Shown: positions 63,011 to 64,000 of the stretch, in pieces
How positions within the stretch are numbered: the stretch's first letter is position 1
Layout of the letters: every line of letters starts with the position of its first letter
Assembly (NCBI GenBank): GCA_045130275.1
Contig: JBGUPL010000014.1
Coordinates: forward strand, 15,743-79,742
Direction: 5' to 3'
DNA length: 64,000 nucleotides
DNA from: Bacteroidales bacterium
GTDB lineage: Bacteria; Bacteroidota; Bacteroidia; Bacteroidales; WCHB1-69
Notes under the pieces: generated by a model
Database searches by the model: none
Told to the model about the DNA's origin: nothing
The model's input: the letters and a program-made list of their open reading frames with translations, nothing else
Position numbers and translations under genes: made by a program

Positions 63011-64000
63011 CTAAATAATACTAATTGCACCGAATTTACATTTCTCAATACATGTACCGCACTTGATACAGAGCTCTTGGTTGATTTCGTGAGGCATCTT
63101 GACCGTGCCCTTGATGGCTCCGACGGGACAGTTGCGGGCGCAAGCCGTACAACCTTTACACTTGTCAGCGTCGATGACATACTGTTTGAGGGCCTTGCAC
63201 TGTCCGGCAGGACATTTCTTTTCGGTCACGTGAGCCACGTACTCATCCCAGAAGTTGTCGATGGTGGACAAAACGGGGTTCGGGGAGGTCTGACCCAGAC
63301 CGCAGAGGGCGGTGTCTTTGATGACCTTGCTGAGGTTCTTCAGCAGGGCGAGGTCTTCCATGGTGCCGTTACCCTTGGTAATGCGGCCAAGGATTTCGCT
63401 CAGACGCTTGTTACCGATACGGCACGGGGTGCACTTACCGCAGGATTCCTCCACGGTGAAGTCGAGGTAGAACTTGGCGACGGAGACCATACAGGAGGTC
63501 TCGTCCATGACGATCATACCGCCGGAGCCCATCATGGAGCCGGCAGCCACGAGGTTGTCGTAGTCGATCGGGGTGTCGAGGAACTTCTCGGTCAAGCAGC
63601 CGCCGGAAGGACCGCCGGTTTGCACGGCTTTGAACTTCTTGCCGCCCTTGATGCCACCGCCGATTTCGTAGATGACCTCACGAAGGGTGATACCCATAGG
63701 CACTTCGATCAAACCGACGTTGTTGATTTGGCCGGCCAATGCGAACACTTTCGTGCCTTTGGATTTCTCCGTGCCGATGGAGGAGAACCACTCCCAACCC
63801 TTGTTGATGATGACGGGGATGTTGGCGTAGGTCTCGACGTTGTTCACGTTGGAGGGTTTCTTCATGTAACCCGAAACGGCCGGGAACGGGGGTTTGAAGG
63901 TGGGCTCACCGCGCTGGCCTTCCATGGAGTGGATCAGAGCGGTTTCCTCACCGCAAACGAATGCGCCGGCACCGTAGCGGAGGATGATGTCGAAATCGAA
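63011..64000 (-). CDS. NuoF-like flavoprotein subunit of [FeFe] hydrogenase (HydB/HndC-like); 5' end is outside the window
   Basis: The frame is open to base 64000 ([13 protein letters not shown] at the edge). [17 protein letters not shown] (N3 cluster), and two C-terminal ferredoxin motifs [12 protein letters not shown] / [11 protein letters not shown]. Confidence 0.9.
   Translation of the reverse strand, partial: FDFDIILRYGAGAFVCGEETALIHSMEGQRGEPTFKPPFPAVSGYMKKPSNVNNVETYANIPVIINKGWEWFSSIGTEKSKGTKVFALAGQINNVGLIEVPMGITLREVIYEIGGGIKGGKKFKAVQTGGPSGGCLTEKFLDTPIDYDNLVAAGSMMGSGGMIVMDETSCMVSVAKFYLDFTVEESCGKCTPCRIGNKRLSEILGRITKGNGTMEDLALLKNLSKVIKDTALCGLGQTSPNPVLSTIDNFWDEYVAHVTEKKCPAGQCKALKQYVIDADKCKGCTACARNCPVGAIKGTVKMPHEINQELCIKCGTCIEKCKFGAISII

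Overview
This is a 64-kb chromosomal segment that looks like a T9SS-bearing member of Bacteroidales/Bacteroidota. That assignment is an inference from three things: TAnnTTTG -7 promoter boxes in front of most operons, SusB-like GH97 genes, and T9SS C-terminal sorting domains with a PorV-family gene. I saw no rRNA, tRNA, CRISPR array, transposase or integrase.

About 48 protein genes fill the window. Most are housekeeping:
- tsaB, greA, a HIT protein, DAHP synthase/chorismate mutase, an S41 protease
- ispE, yceD-rpmF, rdgB, purN, a UvrD-type helicase
- tonB, yihY, nadC
- a trimeric-type [FeFe] hydrogenase cluster that runs off the right edge

Features worth a second look:
1. **T9SS-linked operon (11.0-20.8 kb).** It is tightly packed and strongly codon-biased. 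It encodes a 1263-aa plug-containing outer-membrane barrel, a 1576-aa protein of unknown function with a T9SS C-terminal sorting domain, and a PorV/PorQ-family barrel. No SusD or PorU partner is present.
2. **Short tandem arrays at gene 3' ends.** Six 7- or 8-nt arrays start at or within a few nt of a stop codon. Most units carry TAA, TAG or TGA, so successive units put stops in all three frames.
3. **Palindrome inside two coding sequences.** A REP-like palindrome of the TGTAGrGaCG...CGTCaCTrCA type sits in frame in both tandem GH97 paralogs.
4. **Orphan promoter.** It precedes a stem-enclosed, U-tailed ~110-nt candidate small RNA.
5. **Cysteine-rich lipoprotein.** It carries a metallothionein-like tail and is co-transcribed with purN.
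6. **Possible metal(loid) operon.** Two QueG-like Fe-S proteins precede an ArsP-type permease fused to an HMA domain.
7. **Decayed locus.** It holds a T9SS sorting-domain remnant, a REP-type hairpin and a 9-mer array.

All functional calls rest on motif recognition by eye, and start codons are best guesses. No searches or computations were run.
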